A stretch of DNA of 64,000 bases from Burkholderiales bacterium (GTDB taxonomy: Bacteria > Pseudomonadota > Gammaproteobacteria > Burkholderiales > Burkholderiaceae_D). Shown piece by piece: positions 32,091 through 41,259 of the stretch. How positions within the stretch are numbered: position 1 is the stretch's first letter; each line of letters opens with the position of its first letter. The stretch is from NCBI GenBank assembly GCA_016200895.1, contig JACQDX010000083.1, positions 2,400 to 66,399 of the forward strand. Reading direction: 5' to 3'. The translations under genes and the position numbers were made by a program. The notes beneath the pieces were generated by a model that had not been told where the DNA came from, ran no database searches, and saw only the letters and a list, made by a program, of their open reading frames with translations.

Positions 32091-32480
32091 CTAAGATTGT
32101 GGGCCATGTAGCACAGCAGTGCCCAGCAAATCATTTTCTTCATCCGTGAACAGGCGCGAGCGTGTGAGGAAACGTTTTCCCGTGCCATTGTCTAGCGAAA
32201 ACATGCCACCCATGCCCGCCACTACATCGATGATCAATTGCGTGTGCCGCCAGTATTCAAACTGATCGCTGCCCATATAAAACGGCGTGTCATCCAGATC
32301 ACCCAGATACACATCAGCATCGCCTATCCCATATTCGTTCCTGGCGTAACACAGCGGCGAACTGCCATCACAGCAACCGCCGGACTGGAAGAACAGCAGC
32401 GGGCCGTATTTGGTTTTCAGCGCACTGATAAATTCCAGCGCAGCGGGCGTGGCGGTGACGCGTGCGGGTGTGTTGATCAT
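32091..32480 (-). CDS. DUF779 domain protein
   Basis: …LLFFQSGGCCDGS.P.CY… motif, and the usual position downstream of an aldehyde dehydrogenase. Confidence 0.8.
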   Translation of the reverse strand: MINTPARVTATPAALEFISALKTKYGPLLFFQSGGCCDGSSPLCYARNEYGIGDADVYLGDLDDTPFYMGSDQFEYWRHTQLIIDVVAGMGGMFSLDNGTGKRFLTRSRLFTDEENDLLGTAVLHGPQS

Positions 32481-32506
32481 TTTGTTTGTTTCGGTTGTTT
32501 TACATA

Positions 32507-32756
32507 AAGACCAAAAGGCTCACCACAGAGACACGGAGGAAGGAAAGGCGGCTTGCATGCCCCCTTCGTTCCGCAGGCAAGTAGCATGCTACTTGAATTC
32601 CCTGCTGCACCACATTGAAAAAACAGGAGGAGATCAAAATCTGTTTTGTAAATTCTCTGTGGCTCAGTAGATGAATGAATCATAAAGAGAAGAATAAAGT
32701 CTTGGTATTTCAATTTCTCTCTTGCTCTTCTCTGTGTCTCTGTGTTGAGAGGTCTT
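32507..32756. repeat. About 250-bp intergenic element bounded by imperfect inverted repeats (MITE-like or structured)
   Basis: The left end aagacc…ctcaccacagagacacggagg matches the reverse complement of the right end cttctctgtgtctctgtgttgagaggtctt. There is an internal perfect 18-bp palindrome, caagtagcatgctacttg. Confidence 0.4.
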
Positions 32757-32770
32757 GAACCTAATGATTA

Positions 32771-34291
32771 CTAAAAGAATCCCATCGCATTCGGGTTATA
32801 GCTCACCAGCAGGTTTTTAGTCTGCTGATAGTGATCCAGCATCATCTTGTGATTCTCACGTCCTATGCCGGATTGTTTGTAGCCGCCAAATGCCGCATGC
32901 GCTGGATACAGGTGGTAGCAATTGGTCCAGACACGGCCAGCTTCGATTGCGCGGCCAACGCGGAAGGCGCGGGAGCCGTCGCGTGTCCACAGGCCAGCGC
33001 CCAGGCCGTACAAGGTATCGTTTGCCATAGAGATCGCATCCTCCTCGTCCTTGAAGGTAGTGACAGAAACTACCGGGCCAAAGATTTCTTCCTGGAAGAT
33101 GCGCATCTTGTTGTGGCCCTGGAAGATGGTAGGCTTGACGTAATAACCCTTGGCCAGATCGCCATCCAGCATATTTCTTTCACCGCCGATCAAGAGTTGC
33201 GCGCCTTCCTGTTTGCCTATGTCCAGGTAGGACAGGATTTTTTCCAGTTGTTCCTGCGAAGCCTGCGCACCTATCATGGTGGCGCTGTCGAGAGGGTTGC
33301 CCTGTTTGATGGCGGCAACGCGTTTGATGGCTCTGGCCATGAACTGGTCATAGATGGATTCCTGTATCAGCACGCGCGAAGGGCAAGTGCAGACTTCACC
33401 CTGGTTCAACGCAAACATGGCAAAACCTTCCAGGCATTTATCGAAGAAGGCATCGTCCTGTTCCATGACATCGGCAAAGAAAATATTTGGCGATTTGCCA
33501 CCCAGTTCCAAAGTAACGGGAATAATGTTTTGCGAAGCATATTGCATGATCAGGCGGCCAGTGCCTGTTTCACCAGTGAAGGCAATCTTGGCGATGCGCT
33601 TGCTCGATGCCAGTGGCTTGCCAGCTTCCAGCCCAAAGCCATTGACGATATTCAATACGCCGGGTGGTAGCAGGTCTTTGATCAGATCGATCAAGACCAT
33701 GATGGATGCCGGCGTTTGCTCTGCCGGTTTCAGGACTATGCAATTGCCTGCGGCCAGTGCCGGTGCCATCTTCCAGACTGCCATCAGGATAGGGAAATTC
33801 CATGGAATGATCTGGCCAACCACGCCAAGTGGTTCATGGAAATGATAGGCATAAGTCTGGTCATCAATTTGCGCGACTGTGCCTTCCTGCGCCCGTATGC
33901 AGCCAGCGAAATAGCGGAAATGATCAATGGCCAGCGGGATATCTGCCGCCATGGTTTCGCGTATGGGTTTGCCATTGTCTATGGTTTCTGCCGTTGCCAA
34001 CAGACTCAGATTGGCTTCCATGCGGTCAGCGATTTTATTGAGGATGTTTGATCGTTCGGCCAGCGAGGTTTTGCCCCAGGCTTTCTTGGCGGCATGGGCG
34101 GCATCGAGTGCCAGTTCCACATCTTCTGCCGTCGAGCGTGCCACTTCGCAAAAAGCCTGGCCGATGACCGGGCTGATGTTCTCGAAATATTCACCCTTGA
34201 CCGGGGCCACAAATTTGCCGCCGATAAAATTGTCGTAGCGTTTGGCGAAAGGATTGCTGATACCGAGTTTGCTGATGTCTGCCATGTTCAT
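32771..34291 (-). CDS. NAD-dependent aldehyde dehydrogenase (acetaldehyde dehydrogenase type)
   Basis: 506 aa with …FTGETGTGR…, …ELGGKSP… and catalytic …EVCTCPSR… motifs. Confidence 0.93.
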   Translation of the reverse strand: MNMADISKLGISNPFAKRYDNFIGGKFVAPVKGEYFENISPVIGQAFCEVARSTAEDVELALDAAHAAKKAWGKTSLAERSNILNKIADRMEANLSLLATAETIDNGKPIRETMAADIPLAIDHFRYFAGCIRAQEGTVAQIDDQTYAYHFHEPLGVVGQIIPWNFPILMAVWKMAPALAAGNCIVLKPAEQTPASIMVLIDLIKDLLPPGVLNIVNGFGLEAGKPLASSKRIAKIAFTGETGTGRLIMQYASQNIIPVTLELGGKSPNIFFADVMEQDDAFFDKCLEGFAMFALNQGEVCTCPSRVLIQESIYDQFMARAIKRVAAIKQGNPLDSATMIGAQASQEQLEKILSYLDIGKQEGAQLLIGGERNMLDGDLAKGYYVKPTIFQGHNKMRIFQEEIFGPVVSVTTFKDEEDAISMANDTLYGLGAGLWTRDGSRAFRVGRAIEAGRVWTNCYHLYPAHAAFGGYKQSGIGRENHKMMLDHYQQTKNLLVSYNPNAMGFF

Positions 34292-34351
34292 GATGGTGGT
34301 CTCCGTTGTTGATTAGATGGTGCGCATGTGATGCGACACGAGGATAACAAC

Positions 34352-34366
34352 GCAAACGGCGTGCCA
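34352..34366 (-). promoter_or_regulatory. sigma-54 (-24/-12) promoter for the aldehyde dehydrogenase-DUF779 operon
   Basis: The minus strand reads TGGCACgccgtTTGC, an exact GG-N10-GC consensus, about 60 nt upstream of the ATG. A GGAGA Shine-Dalgarno lies downstream. Confidence 0.7.
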
Positions 34367-34514
34367 TGCTGGAAATGTTTTCTTGGTGGAAAAGTGCTGC
34401 AGGTGCAGACTAGAGATGGCGAGTGTACAGAGGGAGATTTACAACTGATGCTGGTGATGGATTGGCTGAGAAGTTAGATATGACAAGTCCAGATGTCACA
34501 TTATTTCGCAACAC

Positions 34515-34549
34515 TGATCAGACTGTCACAATTTGGGACAGTCTGATCA
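34515..34549. promoter_or_regulatory. 13-bp perfect inverted repeat, candidate enhancer (UAS) for the AcoR-like activator
   Basis: tgatcagactgtc-N9-gacagtctgatca, about 150-185 bp upstream of the sigma-54 promoter. No T-run follows it on the tex strand, so it is a poor terminator. Confidence 0.35.
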
Positions 34550-34575
34550 TGTGAAAAAATTACTTATTTACGTAA

Positions 34576-36924
34576 CTATCCGCGCAATTTGGCAAACGCC
34601 GCCGCCATCGCATTACCAGCAGGTGCTGGTGCCTGAGCTTGTGAGCGATGTTGATTGAGGCGCTTGGCATCATTACGGTCACCACGCTGTTCAGGCTTGC
34701 TGCCTGCTACAGGTGCCGCATCGGTCAAACGCATGGTCAGGGCGATACGCTGGCGTTTGACATCGACCTCCAGCACTTTTACCTTGACGACCTGGCCAGC
34801 CTTGACGACTGTATGCGGGTCCTTGACGAAGGTATTCGACAGTGCAGAGATGTGTACCAGGCCATCCTGATGCACACCAATATCAACGAAAGCGCCAAAG
34901 GCAGCAACGTTGGTGACTACGCCTTCCAAAATCATGTCAGGGCGCAGATCCTTGATTTCTTCTACGCCATCCTTGAAGGTGGCGGTGGTGAATTCGGGGC
35001 GCGGATCGCGGCCCGGTTTTTCCAGCTCGCCTATGATGTCGGTGATGGTTGGTACACCAAATTTTTCATCAGCATATTTGGCTGGGTTCAGGGACTTCAG
35101 CAAGCCAGCATCGCCAATGACACCCTTTATATCCTTCTTGATATCAGCCAGGATTTTTTCTACCAGCGGATAAGATTCAGGATGGACTGCGGAGGCATCC
35201 AGCGGGTTGCTGCCATTCATGATGCGCAAGAAGCCAGCTGCCTGCTCGAAAGTCTTGTCACCCAGACGCGGTACCGCACGCAAGTCTGAACGTGAGTTGA
35301 ACATGCCCTTGGCATCGCGGAAATTGACGATGCTTTGTGCCACGCTGGACGACAGGCCAGAGACACGTGCCAGCAAAGGTGCAGAAGCTGTATTCACGTC
35401 GACACCAACCGCATTCACGCAATCCTCAACCACTGCATCCAGTGAGCGCGCCAATTGTGACTGGCTGACATCATGCTGGTACTGGCCTACACCGATGGAC
35501 TTAGGATCAATCTTCACCAGCTCAGCCAAAGGGTCTTGCAGGCGGCGAGCAATTGATACTGCACCACGGATGGACACATCCAGATCAGGCAATTCCTTGG
35601 ATGCAAATTCAGAGGCAGAATACACGGACGCACCCGCTTCAGAGACAACGATCTTGGTCAGTTTGAGTTCAGGCTTGAGCTTGATCAGGTCACCTGCCAG
35701 CTTGTCGGTTTCACGCGAAGCTGTGCCATTGCCGATAGAGATCAGCGAGACATTATGCTTGGCAGCCAGTTGCGCCAATACATGCAGCGAACCATCCCAG
35801 TCATTGCGTGGCTGATGCGGGTAGATCGTTGCATATTCAACGACCTTGCCTGTGGCATCAACTATCGCCACCTTGACGCCGGTACGCAGACCAGGATCAA
35901 GACCCATGGTGGCGCGCGGGCCGGCAGGGGCTGCCAGCAACAGAGCTTTCAGGTTACGGGCAAATACATTGATAGCTTCAATTTCTGCGGTTTCGCGCAG
36001 CTTGCCCATCAGCTCAGTATCGAGATGCATGAAGACTTTGACACGCCAGGCCCAGCGCACGGTATCGACCAGCCATTTGTCGGCAGGGCGGTCTTTCTGG
36101 CTCACGCCAAAGCGTGCGGCGATGCGGCTTTCGCATGGGTTCAGCGGTGCATCCCATTTTGGTTTTTCTTCTTCGCTGTCCAGACGCAGGGTCACGGTCA
36201 GCATTTCTTCACGGCGGCCACGGAACAGGGCCAGGGCGCGATGGGAAGGGATAGTGCCCAGGGTTTCGGAATAATCGAAATAATCGGCGAATTTTTCTCC
36301 GGCTTCTTCTTTGCCCGCAACAACCTTGGATTCCACGATGCCGTGGTCATTCAGGTATTCACGCAGGGCTTGCAACAGGGTCGCATCTTCGGCAAAGCGT
36401 TCCATCAGGATCTGGCGTGCGCCATCAAGAGCTGCTTTTACGTCCGCAACGCCTGGGTTGTCGCCATTGTCGGTGGTGAAGGCCGGTTTCAGGTAACTGG
36501 CTGCTTCTGTATCCGGGTTCAGCATGGGGTCTGCCAGCAAGGCATCGGCCAGTGGCAGCAAACCTGCTTCAACAGCGATCTGGGCTTTGGTGCGGCGTTT
36601 GAGTTTGTATGGCAGGTACAAATCTTCGAGACGGGTTTTGTCTTCTGCATGGATGATGGCGTCCAGCAATACCGGCGTCATCTTGCCCTGTTCTTCTATG
36701 GAAGCGATGATGGCAGCGCGGCGGTCTTCCAGTTCGCGCAGATAGCGCAGGCGCTCTTCCAGCAGGCGCAACTGGATATCATCCAGGCCACCGGTGACTT
36801 CTTTACGGTAACGGGCGATAAACGGGACGGTTGCACCTTCGTCCAGCAAGGCAACAGCAGCGGCAACCTGAACCGGCTTGGCAGCCAGCTCTACGGCGAG
36901 TCTTTGTTCAATCGAAGGCAACAT
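34576..36924 (-). CDS. tex: transcription accessory protein Tex (S1 RNA-binding domain)
   Basis: …[29 protein letters not shown]… N-terminus, YqgF/HhH regions and a C-terminal S1 domain (…[23 protein letters not shown]…). I prefer the ATG at 36924. Confidence 0.93.
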   Translation of the reverse strand: MLPSIEQRLAVELAAKPVQVAAAVALLDEGATVPFIARYRKEVTGGLDDIQLRLLEERLRYLRELEDRRAAIIASIEEQGKMTPVLLDAIIHAEDKTRLEDLYLPYKLKRRTKAQIAVEAGLLPLADALLADPMLNPDTEAASYLKPAFTTDNGDNPGVADVKAALDGARQILMERFAEDATLLQALREYLNDHGIVESKVVAGKEEAGEKFADYFDYSETLGTIPSHRALALFRGRREEMLTVTLRLDSEEEKPKWDAPLNPCESRIAARFGVSQKDRPADKWLVDTVRWAWRVKVFMHLDTELMGKLRETAEIEAINVFARNLKALLLAAPAGPRATMGLDPGLRTGVKVAIVDATGKVVEYATIYPHQPRNDWDGSLHVLAQLAAKHNVSLISIGNGTASRETDKLAGDLIKLKPELKLTKIVVSEAGASVYSASEFASKELPDLDVSIRGAVSIARRLQDPLAELVKIDPKSIGVGQYQHDVSQSQLARSLDAVVEDCVNAVGVDVNTASAPLLARVSGLSSSVAQSIVNFRDAKGMFNSRSDLRAVPRLGDKTFEQAAGFLRIMNGSNPLDASAVHPESYPLVEKILADIKKDIKGVIGDAGLLKSLNPAKYADEKFGVPTITDIIGELEKPGRDPRPEFTTATFKDGVEEIKDLRPDMILEGVVTNVAAFGAFVDIGVHQDGLVHISALSNTFVKDPHTVVKAGQVVKVKVLEVDVKRQRIALTMRLTDAAPVAGSKPEQRGDRNDAKRLNQHRSQAQAPAPAGNAMAAAFAKLRG

Positions 36925-37063
36925 AAATCCAGAATCCAGACATAAAAAAAGCAATCAAGGCGCAGATGATACGCAATTTGTGACTTTGCGCCAGTCTTGA
37001 CAGCGGGTGCAGACTAGGCTTAGTTCTGACCAATTTGCATTTCTGCCGAGCGCAAATCGCAAT

Positions 37064-37098
37064 CACGGGCAGGAAAATAACAAAACTGCCCAGAATCA
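37064..37098 (-). terminator. intrinsic terminator downstream of the HAF-repeat gene
   Basis: The minus strand reads aaactgccct-tgattct-gggcagttt followed by tgttatttt. Confidence 0.55.
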
Positions 37099-37138
37099 AG
37101 GGCAGTTTACTTGGTTCTTGACGACTAAGCTTATTGTT

Positions 37139-38266
37139 TCAACAAGCCATGGACCAGATATCGGCACTTGCAGTATGTGGAGCAGGTGCGGCTGTTGCGA
37201 TTACCTGTGCTGCTTCCATCCCTGTCAAGCCCGTAATGCCATCGGCTGTCAGCACAAAGGCATGCGATTCATAGGTTCTGGTATTCATGGCAGCACCAAC
37301 TATCCAGCCCTTGTCATTGATATCTGTGGCATTCGCCAGTGTCCATCCGGCGTCTCGCTGGGACTGGTCCAGGAACTGATTCAAATCAATGGGAGCTGTG
37401 TCGGGTGTATTCCAGAGCAGGGCATGGAATTGACCGTTGGCGCTGATTTCTGAACCGACTACCTGGTTTTTATTGTTGATGGCACTTGCATAACAAAAAG
37501 ATCCCGCAGCACTTTGCATGACGGTTTCTTTTTGATTGTTCCAAAGCACAGGGTGAGCATACATCTCGTCGTCAAGGATATATCCCACGACCAGGCCGTT
37601 GTCATTGATGCTGTCGGCGGCACCGTGATGTGTTGGCGACAAATTGATTATCTGGCCATCTTTCCAGATGACAGGATGTGTATAGTCGCCGGGTTCTGCA
37701 CCAGAAGCCCAGCCAACGACCACGCCATCATTATTGATGGCTAATGCATTACTGTCTGTGCCACCCAAGGTGCCCAGATCAATAACTCCTTTGTCATTCC
37801 ATAGCGTGGCGTGGTGTGCATCCCATGAATTGCCTGTAAAGCTGTTGCCAACGACCACGCCTTTGTCATTGATGGCTTTGGCACTACTCTGATACTGACC
37901 ATCGCTCAATGATGCCAGGTAGTTTGTCTTGCCGTTTTGCCAGATGGTGGCTGTTACCTGGAAACTGCCATTCACTTCTTTCAGTGAAGAGCCGACGACG
38001 GCGGACAAGTTGTTGATCCCGTAGGCGTGGCTATCAACATCTGCCAGCAAGCTGGTTTTGGGGACGTAATATGAATTGTCCCAAAGTACTGCATAGGTAG
38101 TCTGGGCGCCATATCTATGCGAGCTGCCAGATTCATTTTTTGTATCGCTGCCTATCATCTGGCCAGCATCGTTGATGGCGTTGGCAAAACTATACTGACC
38201 GCCAAAAGTGCTCAGGTCTGCATAGGTATATATGGGTTTTTGAAAACTGACTTCGTTTAAGGACAT
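37139..38266 (-). CDS. HAF-family repeat protein (seven repeats)
   Basis: Seven spaced copies of the A-I-N-[DN]-x-G-x-[VI]-V-G motif, with DLGTLGG and HA[FT]LW elements typical of TIGR03803 HAF repeats. I prefer the ATG at 38266 (MSLNEVSF…). Confidence 0.7.
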   Translation of the reverse strand: MSLNEVSFQKPIYTYADLSTFGGQYSFANAINDAGQMIGSDTKNESGSSHRYGAQTTYAVLWDNSYYVPKTSLLADVDSHAYGINNLSAVVGSSLKEVNGSFQVTATIWQNGKTNYLASLSDGQYQSSAKAINDKGVVVGNSFTGNSWDAHHATLWNDKGVIDLGTLGGTDSNALAINNDGVVVGWASGAEPGDYTHPVIWKDGQIINLSPTHHGAADSINDNGLVVGYILDDEMYAHPVLWNNQKETVMQSAAGSFCYASAINNKNQVVGSEISANGQFHALLWNTPDTAPIDLNQFLDQSQRDAGWTLANATDINDKGWIVGAAMNTRTYESHAFVLTADGITGLTGMEAAQVIATAAPAPHTASADIWSMAC

Positions 38267-38484
38267 GCAACAGGCTCCAATATTGTTGTAATCAACGTAG
38301 ATTTTTTCAGGGTGACGCACGAAAACTTGAAGACGCAATACGTATCAAGGTAGCAGTTTTCGCAGGCCTTGTTAATTAATTGGTATGATGGGAGAAAAGT
38401 TAGCCCAATCCGCAAATAATTAATTGCTTTGACAATGCTGCCATTATATTAGTTCTTGCTTTTCAACATTATTTTTATTTCAAG

Positions 38485-39681
38485 ATGACTATATCTGCCA
38501 AATCCATTTTGCGGAACCTCGCCCCCATTCTTGCAGTTACCGCGCTGGGCATGTCGAATGCGATGGCTGTTGAAGATTGCGAACTGAACAAAGAACATGT
38601 CAATCCTGCCAACGGCAGCACCACGGCTGGCAAGACTGGCATCATGAAATGTGTGGAAAGAGATACCGGCAAACTGGTGCGCGAGCAGGAATTGCGTGCT
38701 GGGGTCTACATAGGCCTGGTGCGTTATTACAAGGATGGCGTATTGACCAAGGAATATAACGTCAATGAGCGTGGCAATACCCATGGCCGCTCGCGTGAAT
38801 TTGCCCCGAATGGACAGGTGCTGCGTGAAGAAAATAATGAGAATGGCAGCGCCCGTGGCCTGGTGCGTGAATGGTATCCGACTGGCGCGGTCAAGCGGAT
38901 TGCTTTTATTGGTGATAACCCCAAAGAAAAAGCTGCCGTCAAATACACACAGGACAAGCAATTAAGTGAAATTGAATGTGCTGAAAAACCTTTGCTGGCA
39001 CCCCATGCCAATGATGCAGTCTTGTGCGGCTTCAATGGCAAGCCATCGCAGGTGCAACTGTATTCAGACAGTGGCCGTTTGCGCAGTCAGTTCACACTGC
39101 TGGCGGGTGCCATTCAGCAAGCCAGTTATTTTCACGACAATGGCAAGCCTGAGACTGTAGAAGAAGTCGGCAGCAAACAGAAAACGCGCAAACAATATTC
39201 CGACAAGGGTGTCTTGCGTAAAGAAACGGTGTGGAACGTCACAGAAAAACCTGCAGCTCTTGAGCGTGAAGTTGAGTATCACGAGAGCGGCTCAAAAGTA
39301 CGCGAGCAGCTTTATGCTCTTGCTGAAAAAGAGGGGCGTCGTCAAAATCGTTTGATATCTGATGCCAGTTTTTACCTGAACGGGCAGGCCAAACGCAGCG
39401 AAAAATTCTCTATCGATGGCAAGGATGAGATCAAGGAAGTGCGCAATTATTTTGACAGCGGAAAAATGTCCAGCCTTGAGCGCTATGCCTATGAAGGCCG
39501 CTACCGTGAGCGCCCTGTCGGCATCCACCAGAGTTTTGCGCAAAATGGCACATTGCTGCGTGAATCCCATTACGATGAACGTGGCCGCATACAGCGTGAA
39601 CGCAGCTGGGATGATAGCGGCAAGCTATTGGCAGATGATCAGGTTTATGAAGATGGTTCACGCAAGGCATTTTCAAAGTGA
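38485..39681 (+). CDS. periplasmic MORN-variant repeat protein (YwqK-like repeat family)
   Basis: Signal peptide …VTALGMSNAMA, then repeated G.…REW/REE…G.… units (…GLVREWYPTGAVKR…, …GRSREFAPNGQVLREE…). Confidence 0.7.
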   Translation: MTISAKSILRNLAPILAVTALGMSNAMAVEDCELNKEHVNPANGSTTAGKTGIMKCVERDTGKLVREQELRAGVYIGLVRYYKDGVLTKEYNVNERGNTHGRSREFAPNGQVLREENNENGSARGLVREWYPTGAVKRIAFIGDNPKEKAAVKYTQDKQLSEIECAEKPLLAPHANDAVLCGFNGKPSQVQLYSDSGRLRSQFTLLAGAIQQASYFHDNGKPETVEEVGSKQKTRKQYSDKGVLRKETVWNVTEKPAALEREVEYHESGSKVREQLYALAEKEGRRQNRLISDASFYLNGQAKRSEKFSIDGKDEIKEVRNYFDSGKMSSLERYAYEGRYRERPVGIHQSFAQNGTLLRESHYDERGRIQRERSWDDSGKLLADDQVYEDGSRKAFSK

Positions 39682-40058
39682 GAATGGTTGCCAGTATTGC
39701 CGGTATTTTGTTGTTACTGGTTGCCCTGTTTCAGTTATGCCTGGCATGTGGTGCGCCCTGGGGTAGTTTGGCCATGGGTGGCAAGTATCCGGGTAAATTG
39801 CCATTTCGCCTGCGTATCGCTGCGTTAGTCCAATTGGTCTTATTGGCATTCATCGCGCTGATTATTTTTATCCGCGTCGGCATGATATTGCCAGATTATC
39901 TGGATAGCTCGCATATGGCGATCTGGGGAGTCGTCGTTTTCATGTCAATCAGCAGTATGTTGAATCTCATCACCTCCAGCAAATGGGAGCGCAGAATCTG
40001 GGCACCCGTGGTCCTGCTTTTACTGGCATGCAGTGTTATCGTCGCTGGTTCAGCATGA
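39678..40058 (+). CDS. small integral membrane protein (about four TM segments), unknown function
   Basis: Hydrophobic 126-aa ORF. Its GTG start overlaps the upstream stop (GTGA), and an in-frame ATG lies at 39684. Its stop overlaps the downstream ATG (ATGA). Confidence 0.6.
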   Translation: MRMVASIAGILLLLVALFQLCLACGAPWGSLAMGGKYPGKLPFRLRIAALVQLVLLAFIALIIFIRVGMILPDYLDSSHMAIWGVVVFMSISSMLNLITSSKWERRIWAPVVLLLLACSVIVAGSA

Positions 40059-41017
40059 AGTGTAATTTCAGATTTTTTATCAGCTTCATCGGTCTGGCAT
40101 TGTGCCACCTGCTATCTGCATGCAGCGTGAACGAGCTGCAGCGTGACAGTGTAGCTGTGCATGGAAATCAATTTCAGTTTAGTGACGGTGGTAAAGCGAT
40201 TTATTTTGAGTTGGATAGAAAACCCTGGCAGCAACAAGATGCAGATGCGCCAGTGGTCAACGTGATCTTTGTGATTTCTGGTTCAGACTGTGTCAACATG
40301 GGGCCGTTTTTGCCACAGTATTTTTCTGGCCTGGAAGGGGAGTCTGGCCGCACGCGAATTTTCATCATGCACAAGCGCCATATCTTGCACGGGTCAAATG
40401 GAGCAAGCTGTGGTGAAGCCTATACGCGTGCTGATCATCCTTCACGCTGGCAAGCGGATCAACTCGAATTCATACGTGCGCAATTGGCTGCCTTGCAAAC
40501 GCTAGGGAAAACGCCGCAACGCCTGATCATTATGGGCATTTCTGAAGGGGCAGAACTGGCACCGATACTGGCGCAGCAACTATATGCAACTCATCTGGTT
40601 TTATTGTCACATGCGGGTATGAATGCGCTGGATGTGTATGCTGCGCTTGCCAGGCAAAATCCTGAAATGCTACCCGCCTGGCAGCAATTACAGACTGGCT
40701 TAAGTGTCACGCCAAATGATACTGATACAGTTCGCATCCATAGTCGCAGCTGGAGGTACTGGTCGGAGATTGCTGCCATTCCCCAAACGGCCAATCTGCT
40801 GGCGCTGGACATACCGATACTGTTGGCGGTAGGAGATGCTGATCCGGTTATTCCTGTTGATGCGATTGCCCAATTGCAGCAGCATTTTCAAGCTGCAGGA
40901 AAGCTCATTACCATACGGCGTTTCCCGGACGCTGGCCACAGTCTCAGCGCAAAGGACAAAAACTATTTGCCTGATTTCATGCATCAGATTGATCTCTGGT
41001 TGTTGGAAAATAAGTAG
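40055..41017 (+). CDS. alpha/beta-hydrolase lipoprotein
   Basis: Lipobox LLSAC. Nucleophile elbow GISEG, acid GDADPVIP and His DAGHSL are in the canonical order. Confidence 0.8.
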   Translation: MKCNFRFFISFIGLALCHLLSACSVNELQRDSVAVHGNQFQFSDGGKAIYFELDRKPWQQQDADAPVVNVIFVISGSDCVNMGPFLPQYFSGLEGESGRTRIFIMHKRHILHGSNGASCGEAYTRADHPSRWQADQLEFIRAQLAALQTLGKTPQRLIIMGISEGAELAPILAQQLYATHLVLLSHAGMNALDVYAALARQNPEMLPAWQQLQTGLSVTPNDTDTVRIHSRSWRYWSEIAAIPQTANLLALDIPILLAVGDADPVIPVDAIAQLQQHFQAAGKLITIRRFPDAGHSLSAKDKNYLPDFMHQIDLWLLENK

Positions 41018-41259
41018 TGAATAAGCCGGAAAATAAGCAGTGTGATGAATTGTTGTTGATGTACGGCAATTCATATCGAAACAGTATTCTATTTCCCTTA
41101 TTTCATTACAACTAGTTACAAGAACTTCGTGTTTGTAGCAGTTAATGCTATGACAAAAATACAAAGCATTACTATACTTACCGTCTATGCGTACGTGTGG
41201 ATATTTCCATGCGTGCGTTTTGCATTTCACCCTACAATTGCTCCCCGATAATGATAACT

